Positions 14,416 to 29,390 of a stretch of DNA of 64,000 nt are shown here, in pieces. The position numbers were made by a program, and so were the translations under genes. Origin of the DNA: the human T2T-CHM13v2.0 reference genome, Homo sapiens. Numbering within the stretch: position 1 is the stretch's first letter; each line of letters starts with the position of its first letter. The notes below the pieces were generated by a model. It was not told the DNA's origin. It did not search any database and saw only the letters and a list, made by a program, of their open reading frames with translations. The stretch lies in assembly GCF_009914755.1 (NCBI RefSeq), contig NC_060935.1; one strand, 5' to 3'.

Positions 14416-15789
14416 GATAAAACCGTAAAATAAAGTACTTAGACCACAGGTTAAGTTAAACTGCTCGCCACATCTAATATTCTTGTGTTTCCATGCAAAT
14501 GGTAGAGAAGATATATAATGGCATGCCACTTTGGGGGTTAAATATGGGTTTCAACTACTGTGGTAATGCTAGATCTCTTTCAACTCTGATAGTTTGCATT
14601 TACTGCTTGTGACTGTCCTTCTTTACAAAAATCTGAAACACAAAATCTAAACTTATTACCAGATGAAATAGAATGTGACAATAGTCTTCCAAAGAAACTC
14701 TTCCTTTTTAAAGAGACTCATCCAGGAAGAGCTACCATAACGAGCCTTTTGCGATGGTATTTAAAAATGGGATTTACAACATAATGTTTCAGAAACATAT
14801 AGTATCCTGGCATCTCAATGCTGTCATTCCTCTTTCATTTTGAGAACCCCAGGGGAAATGAAAGCTAAATAATTTGTCTTACAGCTAACCAACAATTTTA
14901 CTTACACTAGAAAATTCAAAGTGACTGGGAATTATGAAAGTTCTCAAGAGAGAACTTCTTTCCTCCGGAGCAAGCTTTGACAAGTAAAATTATTCTCAAA
15001 AAGTGACTCCACTTCATTTAGTTCAAGGAAATGGATTTACAAATCTTGAGCATTCTGTCATTGGCTTTTCTACATTATCCCTAGGGCTATTCCATCACTT
15101 TAGGATATCTCTGGACACCACAGGCTAACCCAGCCTTTGAGCACTCCCGTAGCATGTTAGGTCCACAGACAGGCTACAGAGGAGCTGCTGCTGCTCCTCA
15201 CTTTTGCCTAATGGGATATTGATTTTCCCCCCAGTCTCAGCAGGCTTTCTCAAGAAATCAATACCTCGGTAGCAGTGAAGTAGATGGAGATGAAACAGAA
15301 GGCCTTGGGAGGGTAGGACTGTCATCCACAAATCTAAGGGCGCTTCAAATGTGGCCAACAAGACACATCAGAGAAGGCAAAGGACCACAAAAAAGAGGTC
15401 AGACAAAATCAATACTAAAAAAGTAAAGTAACAGAGAAGGAGAGGGCAAACGTGTCTTAGTAACATAACCCTTTCGAAAACAAGGAAGCCACTCTGCCCA
15501 GGGTTGAAGATCAAGAAAGTTAACATTGGTTCTGACAGAAGAGACAGGGCCTTTGTCTACTGGCTTTTTTAAAAGTAGAAAGCTGGAAAGAATGAGAACA
15601 TGTGCAACAGCATTCAAAAGATTTGCACACATTTTTAGAAATCTAAAAGTAATAGAGAAGTAGTAATAGGTTTAGCAGAGTATAGATAGTATGGTCTAAA
15701 GAGTGTATAGAGGGAGATATGGAAAATAGTAGGGCTAATTAATTCCCTCAAAATCCAAGAAGCTCAACACTTACACAGTAATTGTAGTT

Positions 15790-17520
15790 GAAATCAGGGA
15801 GACTGGTTGAAAGTCCAAATGGGGACATCAACCCTGTCCCTTCTCCATTCTTAGGATACCAGCAGTCAGACATTTACACCCCAAGTCAAATTCTGGTTTA
15901 TCTTCTGAATAAACTAAAGAAAGGAGACTTGAGACTCAAGAGACACCAACTAGCATACCCCTGTAGGTGATATGGAGATGGAAAAAATAATCAACTAAAG
16001 TCTGCAAATATGGCAGCTGGGCTACTCCTTCCCTCTACTAAGAACTCTGACATCTTCACCCTTAGTGGGAAAGAAGAGTTTTTCTATAGAGAAAAGACCT
16101 TCAACAACTGACATGTAGTCCCCAGTGAAAACCAACCTAAAGCAAAACCCACAAATCAACAATCACCGTAGCCACTATTCAACAAGCCTTTCTAGACACA
16201 CAGAGCTCAGTATCTGCTTTTGATTATCTTGCTCTCAAAATTTTTAAAGGGACCATCAACATAAAATAGAAGAACAAAAGTAGACTGAAAAAATAATTCT
16301 AATGAAATAGATAATGCAAAAATCAGAAAAAACTTCAGAAAAATAATTCAGCATCTTCACAAATATAATAAACTATCACATTCTTAGGATTTTTGAAAAA
16401 GAATAATCAGGATAAAATTGAGTTATTCAAAATTAAAACTATGATTGCTGAAATTAAAAATTATAATAAAAGACTGGAAAATTGCAGCAAACTAATAAAC
16501 AGAATAAAACAAAAATTGCTAAAGTGCTGAAAATATGTGAAAAAATCATAAGCTCATAGACTTAGTTCAGGTTACACCAAACTAGGAGTTTCATAAAGAA
16601 AGAACACAGAAAACAATAGGAAGAAAATTATCAAAGAAATAACATTTTTCAGAACATGAGTTTGTAAGTTGAAAGAGCTTACAAAGGGCCCAGAACAATA
16701 AATGAACAAAGGTTTATATAAAGCACAGGATTGTGGACTTTCAGATTACCAGGGGTAAAGAGATGATTCTAAAAACTACCAGACAAAAGAAAACAGCTTA
16801 TGCACAAAGCTTTAAGAATGAGAATGGTATGAGACTTCTGAAGAGTAATGCTAAATGCTGTATTACAATGAAGCAATGCCTTAAAGTTAAAAGGGGAAAT
16901 TATTTTAAACCGAGGAATCTATACCCATCTAGAGAGTTAAAATTGTGTGAGGGTTAGAAAATATGTATTTGAAGATATCAAGTACCCAGAAATGTCATGC
17001 ATCTTTTCCTAAGCAGCAGCAGGAGGCTATGTTCCAGCAAAACAGGACAAATAAATGGAATCCAGGAAGCAGGCAATCCCACACACAAGAATGTCAAAGC
17101 AAAGTCCCAGGATTACAGCCGTGTGCTGGCTCTACAGGGCATTCAAAAAAAAATTGCATAAGGAAAGGAGAGGATTCTGGGATGGAGATCTCCAAGACAA
17201 AACTAGTCTCAACAGAATAAACACTATAATGGAAATTTTTTAAAACATTAAGGAATATTCATTGAAAATAAGCACAGACAGCAAATTATGTGAGTGACTA
17301 ATATTTTCATACCTAATGATATAAACCACGATTTTTGTCATGATTCAACCAAAAGCAGTGATAGAATTTTACTGAAAAGATGGGGAAGTGGGGTAAGTAG
17401 GTAAGAAAATTAAATTCTCATCTAGAAAAGCAAATTATTAATGAGTATGTAGAAATCTAATAAATCAAGAAATAGCAATATAAGACTATCATTTAGACAC
17501 AGAGAAGTAAAAAGAAAAAT
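15790..17520 (+). mobile_element. Ancient L1-derived element with ORF1 remnant (HAL1/L1M-like)
   Basis: Peptide DFQITRGKEMILKTTRQKK...FKPRNLYPS...CEG resembles the L1 ORF1p C-terminus (KEKILKASREKK...FQPRILYPAKLS...EG); A-rich sense strand. Confidence 0.55.
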
Positions 17521-17724
17521 AGGGAAGAAGAGATCTGAATAGAGAGAGTTGGGTTCTAATTTTGACTCTGCCACCTGCTAACCATAGGATAATGGGTAAA
17601 TTGTTTAACTTCTTTAAGTCTCAGTTCCTTAATATATAATATGGGCATAGTAATAGCACCTATTTCATAAGGGTTTGTGAGAAGTAAATGAAATAAATAA
17701 AGCACTTACTACAAGACCTGTTAA

Positions 17725-18064
<340 letters not shown>

Positions 18065-20205
18065 TATTATTCTTAATATTAAGATTCGCATGGTCTTGTT
18101 TTGACAATTTTATGATGACTGATAATGATAGGTAACTCTGCAGTAACAACATGTTCTTGATTAGATATCTTAGAAAAATGATGAGAAGCTTGTTTTTGCT
18201 TTCTAAAAATGAAATACCCAGGAGTTCCTAAGAGTGGGTTCCTAATGCCACACTGCACAATATCCACTAAAAAGGAGTTCTCAGTGCTTCCCTTCAGTCT
18301 TCCTTTGAGGCCTCTCTTATTCTTGGCAACCCAGATTAAACACCAAAGAAGCTGCATCACTCACAGGTGGGGGTAACAGCTTTTTCTTCAGCTGCTCTCA
18401 CTGCTCTTGTAAAAGCCATCAAATTATCTGGAACTTCATACTATATTGTAAATATTTGTTTATTTTGGTGTCTTCCAGGAGTTGAACCTAGTAAGAAACT
18501 GTGCCCTCTATTATCAGTGCCCCAGTGCTTAGCAAAGTGCCTACTTGAATATATAGTAGGTATTCAGAGAATACTTGGAGAATGAATAAATGAACGAATA
18601 AATGAGTTAACAAATTCCAACACAATGCATCTTAACCAGGGTGCAAGTAAAAATCACCAAAGGAGTGTTTTCCAAAAACATATATTCTAAGCCCCTCTAG
18701 ACTTCTCTGAGAATAGGGCCAAGGCATCTGCAATCTTACCAAGCTCTTTACATGTCCCTGATGCACAACTTTTACAAGAATCATTGTCATGGAATAGATA
18801 GAGTGCTAGACTGGATCTGAAGTCTAGGCCTGGTCTCACCAATGAAAATAATTGAAAATCCTCCCCAGAATTCTGTTTCTTTCTTAGTAAAAAAGACAAA
18901 TTTGACAGCCATTGCAGGTGGCTCAAATGACAGTAGCTAAAACTCAAATGAGAGATACATGTAAAACAGGATTATAAGAATTTCAGTGAAGAAAATTGCT
19001 ATATTCTGGTCCTGGAGTGTGAAGGAGGAATGACTTGCATAATTCGGTGCACAAGCTAATGTCAGATTCTTATGGAATGTTATGTGGCATTGCCAAGCAA
19101 AGAATTTGCAAATCTCAGTTGAGGGCCCAAGGCAAGGCATTAAGGTAGGGGGTGCAGCTTCCCTCACCTTCATTTTTCTTCTTTACTTCTCCATCCACAC
19201 TGCAGGGCACAACAATCTCCCTCCTGTGCAGTTTCTAAAGAGCTTTCTGGATGAAAGGAGTTACATAATGTGGGGTCCTCCTGGGAACTACAGCAATAAA
19301 TTAATTTTTCTGCTTCTACACAGTTATCTAAGGACATAAATACTCCGCACGGGCAGGGCCAAGAATAATAGAATAAAATAATCTTTTGAAAGATTCCTTA
19401 AAAGGCAGTGCATCAAAATATTCTTTTCCATCCAATAAACACTGAGCAAGTGATTACTCTCTGCACACAAGCCATTGTGCTGGGTAATGACCAGGAGGAT
19501 TCACAATGCAGTGCAGGGACCAGCCCCATAAGGAAATCATCTTAACATAGCATGGTAAGGTATAGGAGAGACTGTAACAGGTAATGTTAGAGCCAAGTCC
19601 TGAAGGAAGAGTGAGAGACAGGTGCATAAAGCTAGGAGGCACGTTCCAGGCAGGGGAAATACCAAGGTGTGATGGGAGACTTGATGCAGTTTAACACAAC
19701 CATGGAATAAATGGAAGGAGTAGAGATAAGCTTGGAGAAGCAGAAAAAAAATCTCACTATTGGAGTCTTCTATGCTCAAGAATGAGGGGTTTCTAAAGAA
19801 TGTGTGACCTGGTTATATGGTGTCCAGCTTGAGTGTCTGTATGGATGTAGGGTCTCCAAATTGGATAATTATATTTCCAGAAAAGCTGATGAATTCCATT
19901 TCAGATATGTTGGGTTTGAGGAGTTCTCTGAGTGATATCCAAGTAGAGATCCAGAAGGATATGGAAGTCTGAAGTTTTAGAAACAAGTCCATGGCTAGAG
20001 ATAGAGATCAAGGAGGAAAGATCCAGGCTCAAAGACAACATGCCTTACTTTCTAGATGTTTTCTTCCTCCCACAGACTCATGGAAACAGGCCTACAAGTA
20101 TTCTTTTTTCTCAGATAGAATCAAGGCAGACCTGACTCTGTCCCCACCCCCTAGAAAACAGCAGAACCAACTGGGCACAAGACATATTTTTTGATCACTG
20201 TTTAA

Positions 20206-20443
20206 TTGTGGTCTCAGTGGGGAGTGATTTTGCCCCTGCAACCAGAGGACATTTGGCAATGTCTGGAGATATGTTTGATTATCACAACTGATTGGGGTGT
20301 TGGGTGCTACTGATCTTAAGTGGGTAGAAACAAGGAATGATTCTAAATATCCTGCCTTGCACAGTACACACACTCTTCCCTCCCAATCCCAGCTAAGAAT
20401 TATTTGGCCCCAAATGCAATAGTGCTGAGGTTGAAAAACCCTA
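20206..20443 (+). mobile_element. MER20 (hAT-Charlie)
   Basis: gtgattttgcccc...ggacatttggcaatgtctggaga...aatagtgctgaggttgaaaaaccct matches the MER20 consensus. Confidence 0.8.
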
Positions 20444-22296
20444 CGCCTTATATTAGGATTTGCCAAATTTTCTAAGGAAAAGGCACTAATTTCATAAGAG
20501 TTGTTATTTAGTTGGCATTTGTCTTTTAATAAAAATCAAATATGGTCATCCTTTGATTTTTGGACATTACTAAGAAACTGTTGAATCTTTGAGTTCAGAC
20601 TTCTACAGTCCATTAGGATTCTCAGCTGGAAGGGTTTATGCTAATGGACATGGTTTGACATACCGCAAAGCTTTGCTCTCTGTTTCCCCTCCACCTTATC
20701 CTTCAGCCTCATTGAACCTCAGCATTGTCAGCACTTTCTGTTATTTCTCAACTCCATGCCTTTCACGTGCTGTTTCCTCTGCCTAGAATACCTTTCTCCT
20801 TCCATCTCTGCCTTTGGAAATTCTACAGATTTTACAAGTCTGTGTTCCCCTCCTACCTTCCTACCCTCATACATCATATGGCCTCTACAGGTTTCCTCAA
20901 GAGCTGTCCTCTCTCCAACCAACATGCCTGGTACTACCTAGGAGATAGATATATGCCAGGCCAGCTCATATAGTACAGTTCAGCCCTCTCTTCTGATGGA
21001 TGGTCCTTGCCTAGAGAGATGAGGCCATGGTGTAGATAGCTCTCTGAGTGACTGCATCCTTCTGACCTCAGAAAAACAGGCCTGTCCTCAACTAGACTCA
21101 GCTCTAGGGTCACAAGGAATTCTGAATCTGAGAAAGACTGCTGAGAAGCATGGAAACACTTTTGCAGATCATGGAAAATGTGGGCTTTTACCAGATAGCT
21201 AGGGGTCAGAATCATGACACAAGGCTGCATGCATGGCTTTGAGCAAGTCCCTTAATCATACCACAACTCCTCCACATGGAAAACGGGGATAATGCTTCAT
21301 TATTGTAGGAATTAGTGATAATAGCTGTGAAATGCCTGGAAGGTTCTTAGTATGCAATAAATGATTGCCCTCTCTACAAATAATTAAAGTTGCACACATA
21401 ATTTCAAGAGATTCTTAGAGCATCCTATGCACTGAAGCATGGATCCTCTTTTACAGCCAGCCCATGGTGTCATGAATTGCTTAAGTCCCTTTCCATAGGT
21501 ATCTGTAGAAAAATGTATTGGAGTCAGGCAATTCCTGAAGAAAGGGTTAATACTTAGCCAGAGCAAGAATTATTTGTTGGGGGCAGAGTATCAGAATCAG
21601 GGATTCTAATTTGAGTTCTGAAGACTCCTGAAGCCAGGATATTTTTCTATGTTTCTTCTCTCACATCCAGAGCTGGACTTTGTTGGGCAAAATGAAATAC
21701 AGACAAAGAATGTCCATTGCATTATAATCCCATACAGCGTGACCAACATGGACAAAAGCAGAAAGATGAGAAAAAGATAGGTAGTTCTGACAACGGCTAG
21801 ACGAAAAGTATATGTGAGAAAAGGCCTTTCCCTTATCCAACTCACCCAACAATTCCATGTGAATTGCTCCATTTTGTCACATTTCTTGGAAGACGTATTT
21901 ACACATCTGTATACCTGTCATTAGACTTTAAACTCCTAGAGATCAGGACCACATTTTACTCATTTATCTATCCCAGTCCCTGGTCTACCATGTATCAATT
22001 GCTCAATAAATACTTATTATATAAGGTCAGACTAGAAAAGGTTATACGGTAGTGCAATGTGGTGGTTGGGTGGCTAAGCTGTTCTGTCAGCACATCTAGC
22101 TTGAAATCCTGACTCTTTGACATACCGCAATGAGATCTTTAGCTAGTCACTCTCTAATTTAAACTTTAATTGCTTCATCTGTGAACAGAAAAAGTAACAG
22201 TACTTACTGTATAAGATTATTTCAAGGATAAGCTAAAATGTATGTAAAGCCACTAGCAGAGTGGTTGGCTAAAGAGAAGTTATTCTTATTTTGAGA

Positions 22297-22517
22297 CATC
22301 AGTGGTAAACTTTGAAGCATAAAGGGTCAGATGGTAAATAATTGAAGCTCTGCAGGCTATAAGGTCTCTGTTACAACTGTTTAACTTTGTAGTTGTAACA
22401 TAAAAACAGCCATTGATAACATGTAAACCAATGAGCACAGCTGAGTTCCAACAAAACTTTATTTACAATACAGGGCAGGCCATATTTGGCCCACAGATCA
22501 TAGTTTGCTAATGCATG
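22297..22517 (+). mobile_element. MER58A (hAT-Charlie)
   Basis: aaagggtcagatggtaaata...aaaactttatttacaa...atttggcccacag...tagtttgc. Confidence 0.8.
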
Positions 22518-24048
22518 TTCTAAGGTGTCTAAATTCATTAAGAAGTAGAACCTACAGAAGATTCTTGAACTAGGCAGTGGCAAAATCAAAGTCATCCTTT
22601 GAGCAGGTTAAGTTTTTAACAGCATGCAAAACACGACTTTGAGCAAAGTCTGGAGTCAGGTTATTATGATTGTCCAAACATGAAACAGGAAAGATCTGAG
22701 CTCTAAGTAGTGAAAATACGAACCATGCAGAATAGAATGACATATGCAACACCCTGCCTTCTACAAACTGAACTATGGTTATAGCCTCTGATCGTTCATT
22801 TCTATTCTCCTATTATACAGTATCTTAGTCACGGGTGGATCTCAGATTGTCTAGTAAATTATAAGCATTGACGTAGGGAACCTCTAGAGAATTGATTAGC
22901 TAAAGATAAAATATTGTTATTAATTTATATTGATCCTTAAATAGATAACTAGCTTGAATTTGAGACTCATACACTTCACCTATTCCCAACTTCAGAAAAC
23001 AATTTTCATTCTTCATGTAGGGCATCAATAATCTGTCAGAAGTGATGATTCAAATAGTTGTACTACAGACTGGTGGACATTATGTGAAATCACTATTAAA
23101 CACAGCCATCATTTCCTGTATATTATGATTCTCAGTTTGCTCTGGTTTTAGATTTCAAATCAGACCCCTCCTTTTATGTCCCTAAGTATAACGAGCTCAA
23201 ATCAGATCAGCTAAAAATACAGGGTTAAATGTGCTGTGACAAATTAAGTCAGTGGAGGTATATCTTATAACTTCATCTAAATTATTTGGAGATGGATGCC
23301 TACAACCTACAATTGGTGGAATCTAGGTCATCTGCCTGTGCCTAGCTGCAAAGGAAGCAAAAGAAGAAAGTTTCCTGAGTTCTTCCTGGAGAGGTGAGCT
23401 TCCTACGGCTGGAAATTCCCCGAAGATAGCAAATGTATTTAACAGTTGTTAGAAAGCCAAACAACATGAGAAATATCCACTACACTGTGAAACATCCGTT
23501 CCTCTCCCTAAAAGAAACTAATACCATCTTATAGAGAACAGTATTAGATATATTCCTTTTCTCAGCAGAAGGATACACATTAACATTTTTATTTTTAGCT
23601 TCAAAGAAGAGGCAAAAATTGAGTATAATTTAACGTAAGAAAGCTTCTTCCCAGGGCACCTGTTGCTCTTAGAACATTCTGGGAGAGAGGGTGGGTCCAA
23701 AAAGTCACTATAAATAGCATAGAAAGAACCAAGGGTATCTGTCAGGAGTAGGACTGGGGTAGGGGAGCAAGAGCTGGAAGCACTGGAGGTTCTTTCTGTG
23801 AGTTTGACTTTTGTCCCCACTATTGCATAGGTACAACTTGCTCCATTCTTTCCCACCTACACTAGTGTTTGTGGTGGTGTATTTCTGAGCATAGCCACAC
23901 CTGATCCACTCCATTATGTGAGCAGAATGGAGCAGGCTGGAAAGAGCTAAGGTACAGAAACAGACCTTTTCACCAGAGTATGGCTGTTGTGTGCATCACG
24001 GCTAGATCGGCGTATGGGCTGTGGGTAGAGACAGTAGGAATGGTGTAG

Positions 24049-24422
<374 letters not shown>

Positions 24423-24750
24423 ACATTATCTCTTAATGTTCACAGTAGCTCTAGAAGGTGAGTGGGTGTGATTTTACAGAGTGAATTCAAAAACAGCAAC
24501 TGATGGAGATTCAGGCAATGGGCACCAAGAATGTACCAGGTAATTTGTTCAGCAGGTAGCAGAACCCAGTCAGCCTCTCAAATGGGCCCTGAAGATATAC
24601 TAACAAGAGAAGGGCAGGGTCTTTATCCTAAAGAAACAGATCTGCCAAAGCAGATTATAAAAATGGGATATGGGCACAGGAATACTAAAATATCCATTAT
24701 TAGAGCTAAGGTATGATGTAGAGAGTAAAATAAGTTGAGCTCATGATCTA

Positions 24751-24869
24751 CAGGGTGACCATGTAAATTTAAATTACAAATTAAAAATGAAGGTATTATT
24801 AATAATTATGCTGGAACAGCAGGTATAAACCAGGAATTTGGGGGGCAAAATGGGACACATGATTACCCC
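24751..24869 (+). mobile_element. MER94-like (hAT-Blackjack) MITE
   Basis: Terminal inverted repeats agggtgaccat...atgattaccc; internal tattaataattatgctggaacagcagg. Confidence 0.65.
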
Positions 24870-26586
24870 AATTATACATCACTTAGAGAATCCACAGACA
24901 GAATTCAAGGAAATACAGCCAAGAAAGCAAAAGAATGCAAAGGTTAAAAACCAAAGAATATGACGCAGAAAAGACTATTTTCTTTCCTTTGGTTTTAATA
25001 TTGGAAGAGATAATGTGAAAAACCAGAGACACCAACATGTATTTAATTTTTATTTTTTCTCTCTTAATTCACTTGCCAGCCAGGGGCTACCATGATTGCT
25101 CCAGCAACAGCAGTAGTCATGAAAACTCTCATGGAAAGTTACTCCATAGGATTGAAGAGCAAGAGGGTAAATTTCCCTCAGCAGTGGGGTCAGTGGTAAG
25201 ATGGAGGCTGGTTTCAATGACTAACTCATCTAAAATCCTGCAAGTTTCAACTGCAGAGATGTCAAAGCTGATGATGATACCTGAAGGATTTCTGCTGGAT
25301 GTGCCCATGGGGACAAAGCCAGAAGTTTGACTCAGAAGTTTCAGCAATGTGAAGAAAGGAAATCAGGTATTTATCACCAGACATTATGTCGTCACTCAAA
25401 AGGACTCTAATTTTTAGAAGATTGACTGTCTAAAGGAAGGATACCTATGGGAAATGTTCTCTGATCTCAAAATGAAGGAAGGAATTCATAGCTATCCCCA
25501 AAATCTACCATCTCTGCTTCAGGCAGACAGTTTAATCTAGGCCTCAGTTTTGTAAATGTTGTAATACTATAGTCAGAAAGTTAGCAGAGCTTTATCAGAG
25601 ATCTTTAAAAAGAATTTTAAAGAAGTTTGACACTCCAGTTTGTCAGTGCTGCAGGATTGTTTCTGAGCTTCTCAGTGTTGACTTTGAATACTAACCTGGC
25701 ACAGGCAAGCCGTTTTCGTTAAGACATTCAGAAGGACAACCTCAATAGCATTAGGTATGGAAAAGAGATGTTGAACGTGCCTTCTGTATTTTACAATAAG
25801 GCCTTGTACTCTCTTGATTATATTAGCTTGTGAAATCTCATGTCCCCCTTCCCCAACACCGTACAAAGCTTCTCTTCAAAGTTCACACTTAGAGGGATTT
25901 GGAGGATTAGAAATCCAGTACCTAAGTAAGGTGGGTCAGCCAGTCCTAAAGGTACTAAACATTGTGTCCTTAATCAGGCAGTTTAACACTATAGTGGTTG
26001 AGCAAGGAATGTCAGAGTGAGGTGAAAAATGTCTTCAGAAGGTCTTTTGACCCACGGGTAATTTCAAGCTTCCCCACAGATTCATAGGCCTCTTCCTTTC
26101 TTTTTTCCCTTTCTTCTTATTAGCACTTAATAAGTATCACACATCATATATTTATGTTTTGTTGTTGTTTTTATCCATGAAGGCAAGGTTTTATCTGTTT
26201 CATAAGTTTCTACATTCTCAGTGCCCAGAACATTTGTCTGGCATGTAACAGGTATTTGATAATATTTATTGACTGAATGAATGAATGAATGAATAACAGA
26301 AGACTCCTCTCCCCATGTAAATACAGGTCATTCAGCCTAGTTTGCACTTACAATGTAATGTAATCAACAGAGAAAAGGAGTTCTCAAAGTCCTACTCTGT
26401 CTCCCTTGTGCCTGGAGGCTTCTGAGCTGAGAGTGACATTTTTTGAAAGAAAGCAATTTGAAGGAACACGCAGCAACTTTGGAGTGAAATTGAGTGTGGC
26501 GCTAAAAGGAAATGAAAATAAGTGAATTTACCCACATTTTGGAATTAAAAAAAAAAAAAAAACAGCCAACATTCAAAAAAGAAAAC

Positions 26587-26900
<314 letters not shown>

Positions 26901-28650
26901 CTACAAAAAGATACCATGCTTGTTAAATTTCTGTAACTTAATCATACCTTTCAGTTGTGCTGTCTCCCCTTACAGCAAGAAATCCTTCAACCACATAAAC
27001 TAAAAACGTTCAAAGAGAGTCAAGAAATATAAAATGATGGGAAGTGTATCCTGAACCAAAGGAAGAATCCCAAGAAACAGGGGAAATCAAAATTTTAAAT
27101 AGAATGAAAGGGAAAAGCACACTGGCATACTGGGGTCTCAAAAGGAAGACAAGAACTCTCGCAACTGAGCAATAACAACTTTCCAAACATAAAAGCTAGT
27201 GACAGAAGAGCAAGGAGACAGGCATCAAGGCTCTCCAGGAATGGTTCAAACAAAAGAACATCCCACTGTGACAGAAAAAGTGGCACCACTGCCCTTTTCT
27301 TCCTCTCCATCAACTCCAATCCAAGTGCTTGCTTAATTGTGCTGGTCTTTGTAATTTGGTGGTATTCTCAAATCCAGGTTTTCTTTCCTATCTATAGCCA
27401 CTACTCCAGTTTAAGGTCTCATTATGTTCCCACAGAGCATGGTAACTACCATGCCACTGTGTCTCCTGGTTCACTGCCCTCCAATCCGTCTTCTATAGTT
27501 TCTCCAAGGCAAACTGGACCATTCTCTTTCCAGCAGAAAACCCATTAGAGGTTCCTCCTCAGCCTATTAGAATGATGACCATTCCAGCAATATTTTCAAA
27601 CCATTTGCTAATGAGGTGCACAAATGCTCACTATAAGGCCAAAGTGTGAACTCCATAAGTACGGAGCCCATGGCTATCTTATTCACAGCTGAATCCCAAA
27701 AACTAGCGTAGTACCTGTGCTCTACAAACATTTAATATTTGAATAAAAGTGGAAAAATCATGATATAAAACCATGTGAAATGCAATCCTAACAGTGTAAT
27801 TATATGCACACACACAAAAATCAAAAGCAAAAATGGTTATTCTTTTAAAATTTTAGTTATGGTTTTTTATGGATTTTCAAATTTTGCCATGAAAGTATTT
27901 TTTTTTTCTCCTGTGATACTGAGATTTTTTAAATACAGGCAAAAACAAAAAGAGAGTAGAACAAAAGCCAGGAACCTGACATATCAGATGGCAACATGAG
28001 GGAACAATGAGAAGTATATTATCCTCATCACACCATACAGGATCCTTCATCTTCCAGCCCTGCCTCAGCTCCACCTCCTGCCACTTTTCTGCCATCCAGG
28101 GGAAACAGCATGGCCAAGCTATGCTGTGTTCTTCACATTTGTGCTTGCTGTCTATTCTCTGTTACCCCACTATTCCGGTATGCCCAATGTAGTGTTTGCC
28201 ATCTTTTCTTTCCTAGGAGGAAGCACAATTCCTGATGTACAGGTGAACATATTAAATATTGATTGTGTAAATTAACTAACACATGAATAAGGCCTTTACT
28301 ATAAAACCATACTCACCTAATAAAGTTGTGGTGAGGACTAAATAGGAAAATGCATGCAAAATATGCCTGGCTCATAGTAAGACCTCAAAAGGCAAACATA
28401 GTTATCAACTATTACTATTGAAACCTTGTACAAGTTGCTTTCCTCCTCTTGCCACAATGATCTTAAATTGTAGATAATAATTCCTGCCTTACCTACTCAT
28501 TGCACTGAGATGAGAAAGAGCTTAGAGCAATGTGAAAACCATACATCACTAAACAAACATATTATTATCATTATGATGATGGTGATGATTATGTGCCATT
28601 TTCTTTGTGAACCTTGCTTATATTAAGCTTATTATTTAAAGTCACATTAC

Positions 28651-28931
28651 CTTTGCTGATGTTTCAAACCATCCTACGAAACCGTGCTCCTTGCAGAACT
28701 GGTCCATCTTGAGGCCATTGTTCATGAGCACATCCTTCCCCTGGTCACATTTGTTGGCCAACAAAACCACTGAAACCGGTTTGCCATTAGGGAGACTTAA
28801 CTTGGAGTCCAAATCATTTTTCCACTTTGCCACTGCTTCAAATGTGGCTGGCCTGGTGACATCGAAGACAATAAATGCACCCATAGCTTCTCGGTAATAG
28901 ACCCTCGTCATGTTTCCAAATCTTTCTTGAC
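28651..28931 (-). CDS. RAB38: RAB38 coding exon 2 (aa 68-161)
   Basis: Acceptor ...tttttatttctttttggtgtcag|GT CAA GAA completes Gly68 in phase with exon 1. Encodes QERFGNMTRVYYREAMGAFIVFDVTRPATF...LLANKCD...GWFETSAK (G3 end, G4 NKCD, G5 SAK). Donor AAG|GTAATG; 281 nt; 202+281=483 nt = 161 codons. Confidence 0.98.
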
Positions 28932-29177
28932 CTGACACCAAAAAGAAATAAAAATAAAAATGTATTAAAATTGCAAACTGAATCATATTATAACTTCATG
29001 AAGCCTCCAAGATGAGCAAGTCAATCAGTAAAGTGCTTCGTCTTTACTGATAATCTTTAAAGAGCGAACTAAATATGCAATCATGTAGCTTGTTCTTGAT
29101 TTTTGAATTCAGAAGGGAATTCATCCATTTAACAAATATGTACTGAGAAATTTCTGTGTACCATGTAATATTCTAGA

Positions 29178-29390
29178 CCTATGCAAATACAGTATTCCAG
29201 TAGCCACATATGGCTATTTAAATTAAATGAACAAAAACTAAACAAAATTTTTAATTCAAGTATTCTGTCACCCTAGCTAGCTACATTTCAAGTGTTCAGT
29301 AACTGCATGTCGCTAGTGCCTACTGTATTAGACTATGCCAATAATGAAACATATCCATCAGTATAGAACATTCGATTGGGCAACACTGTT
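29178..29390 (-). mobile_element. MER3/MER33-like hAT element
   Basis: tagccacatatggctatttaaattaa...acatttcaagtgttcagta...catatccatcagtatagaacattcgattgggcaacactg. Confidence 0.65.

Noticed and set aside
28932-28986. N-terminal part (MIQFAILIHFYFYFFLVS) of ORF 28642-28986
   Set aside because: It is the translated branch point and polypyrimidine tract; the real exon starts at 28931.
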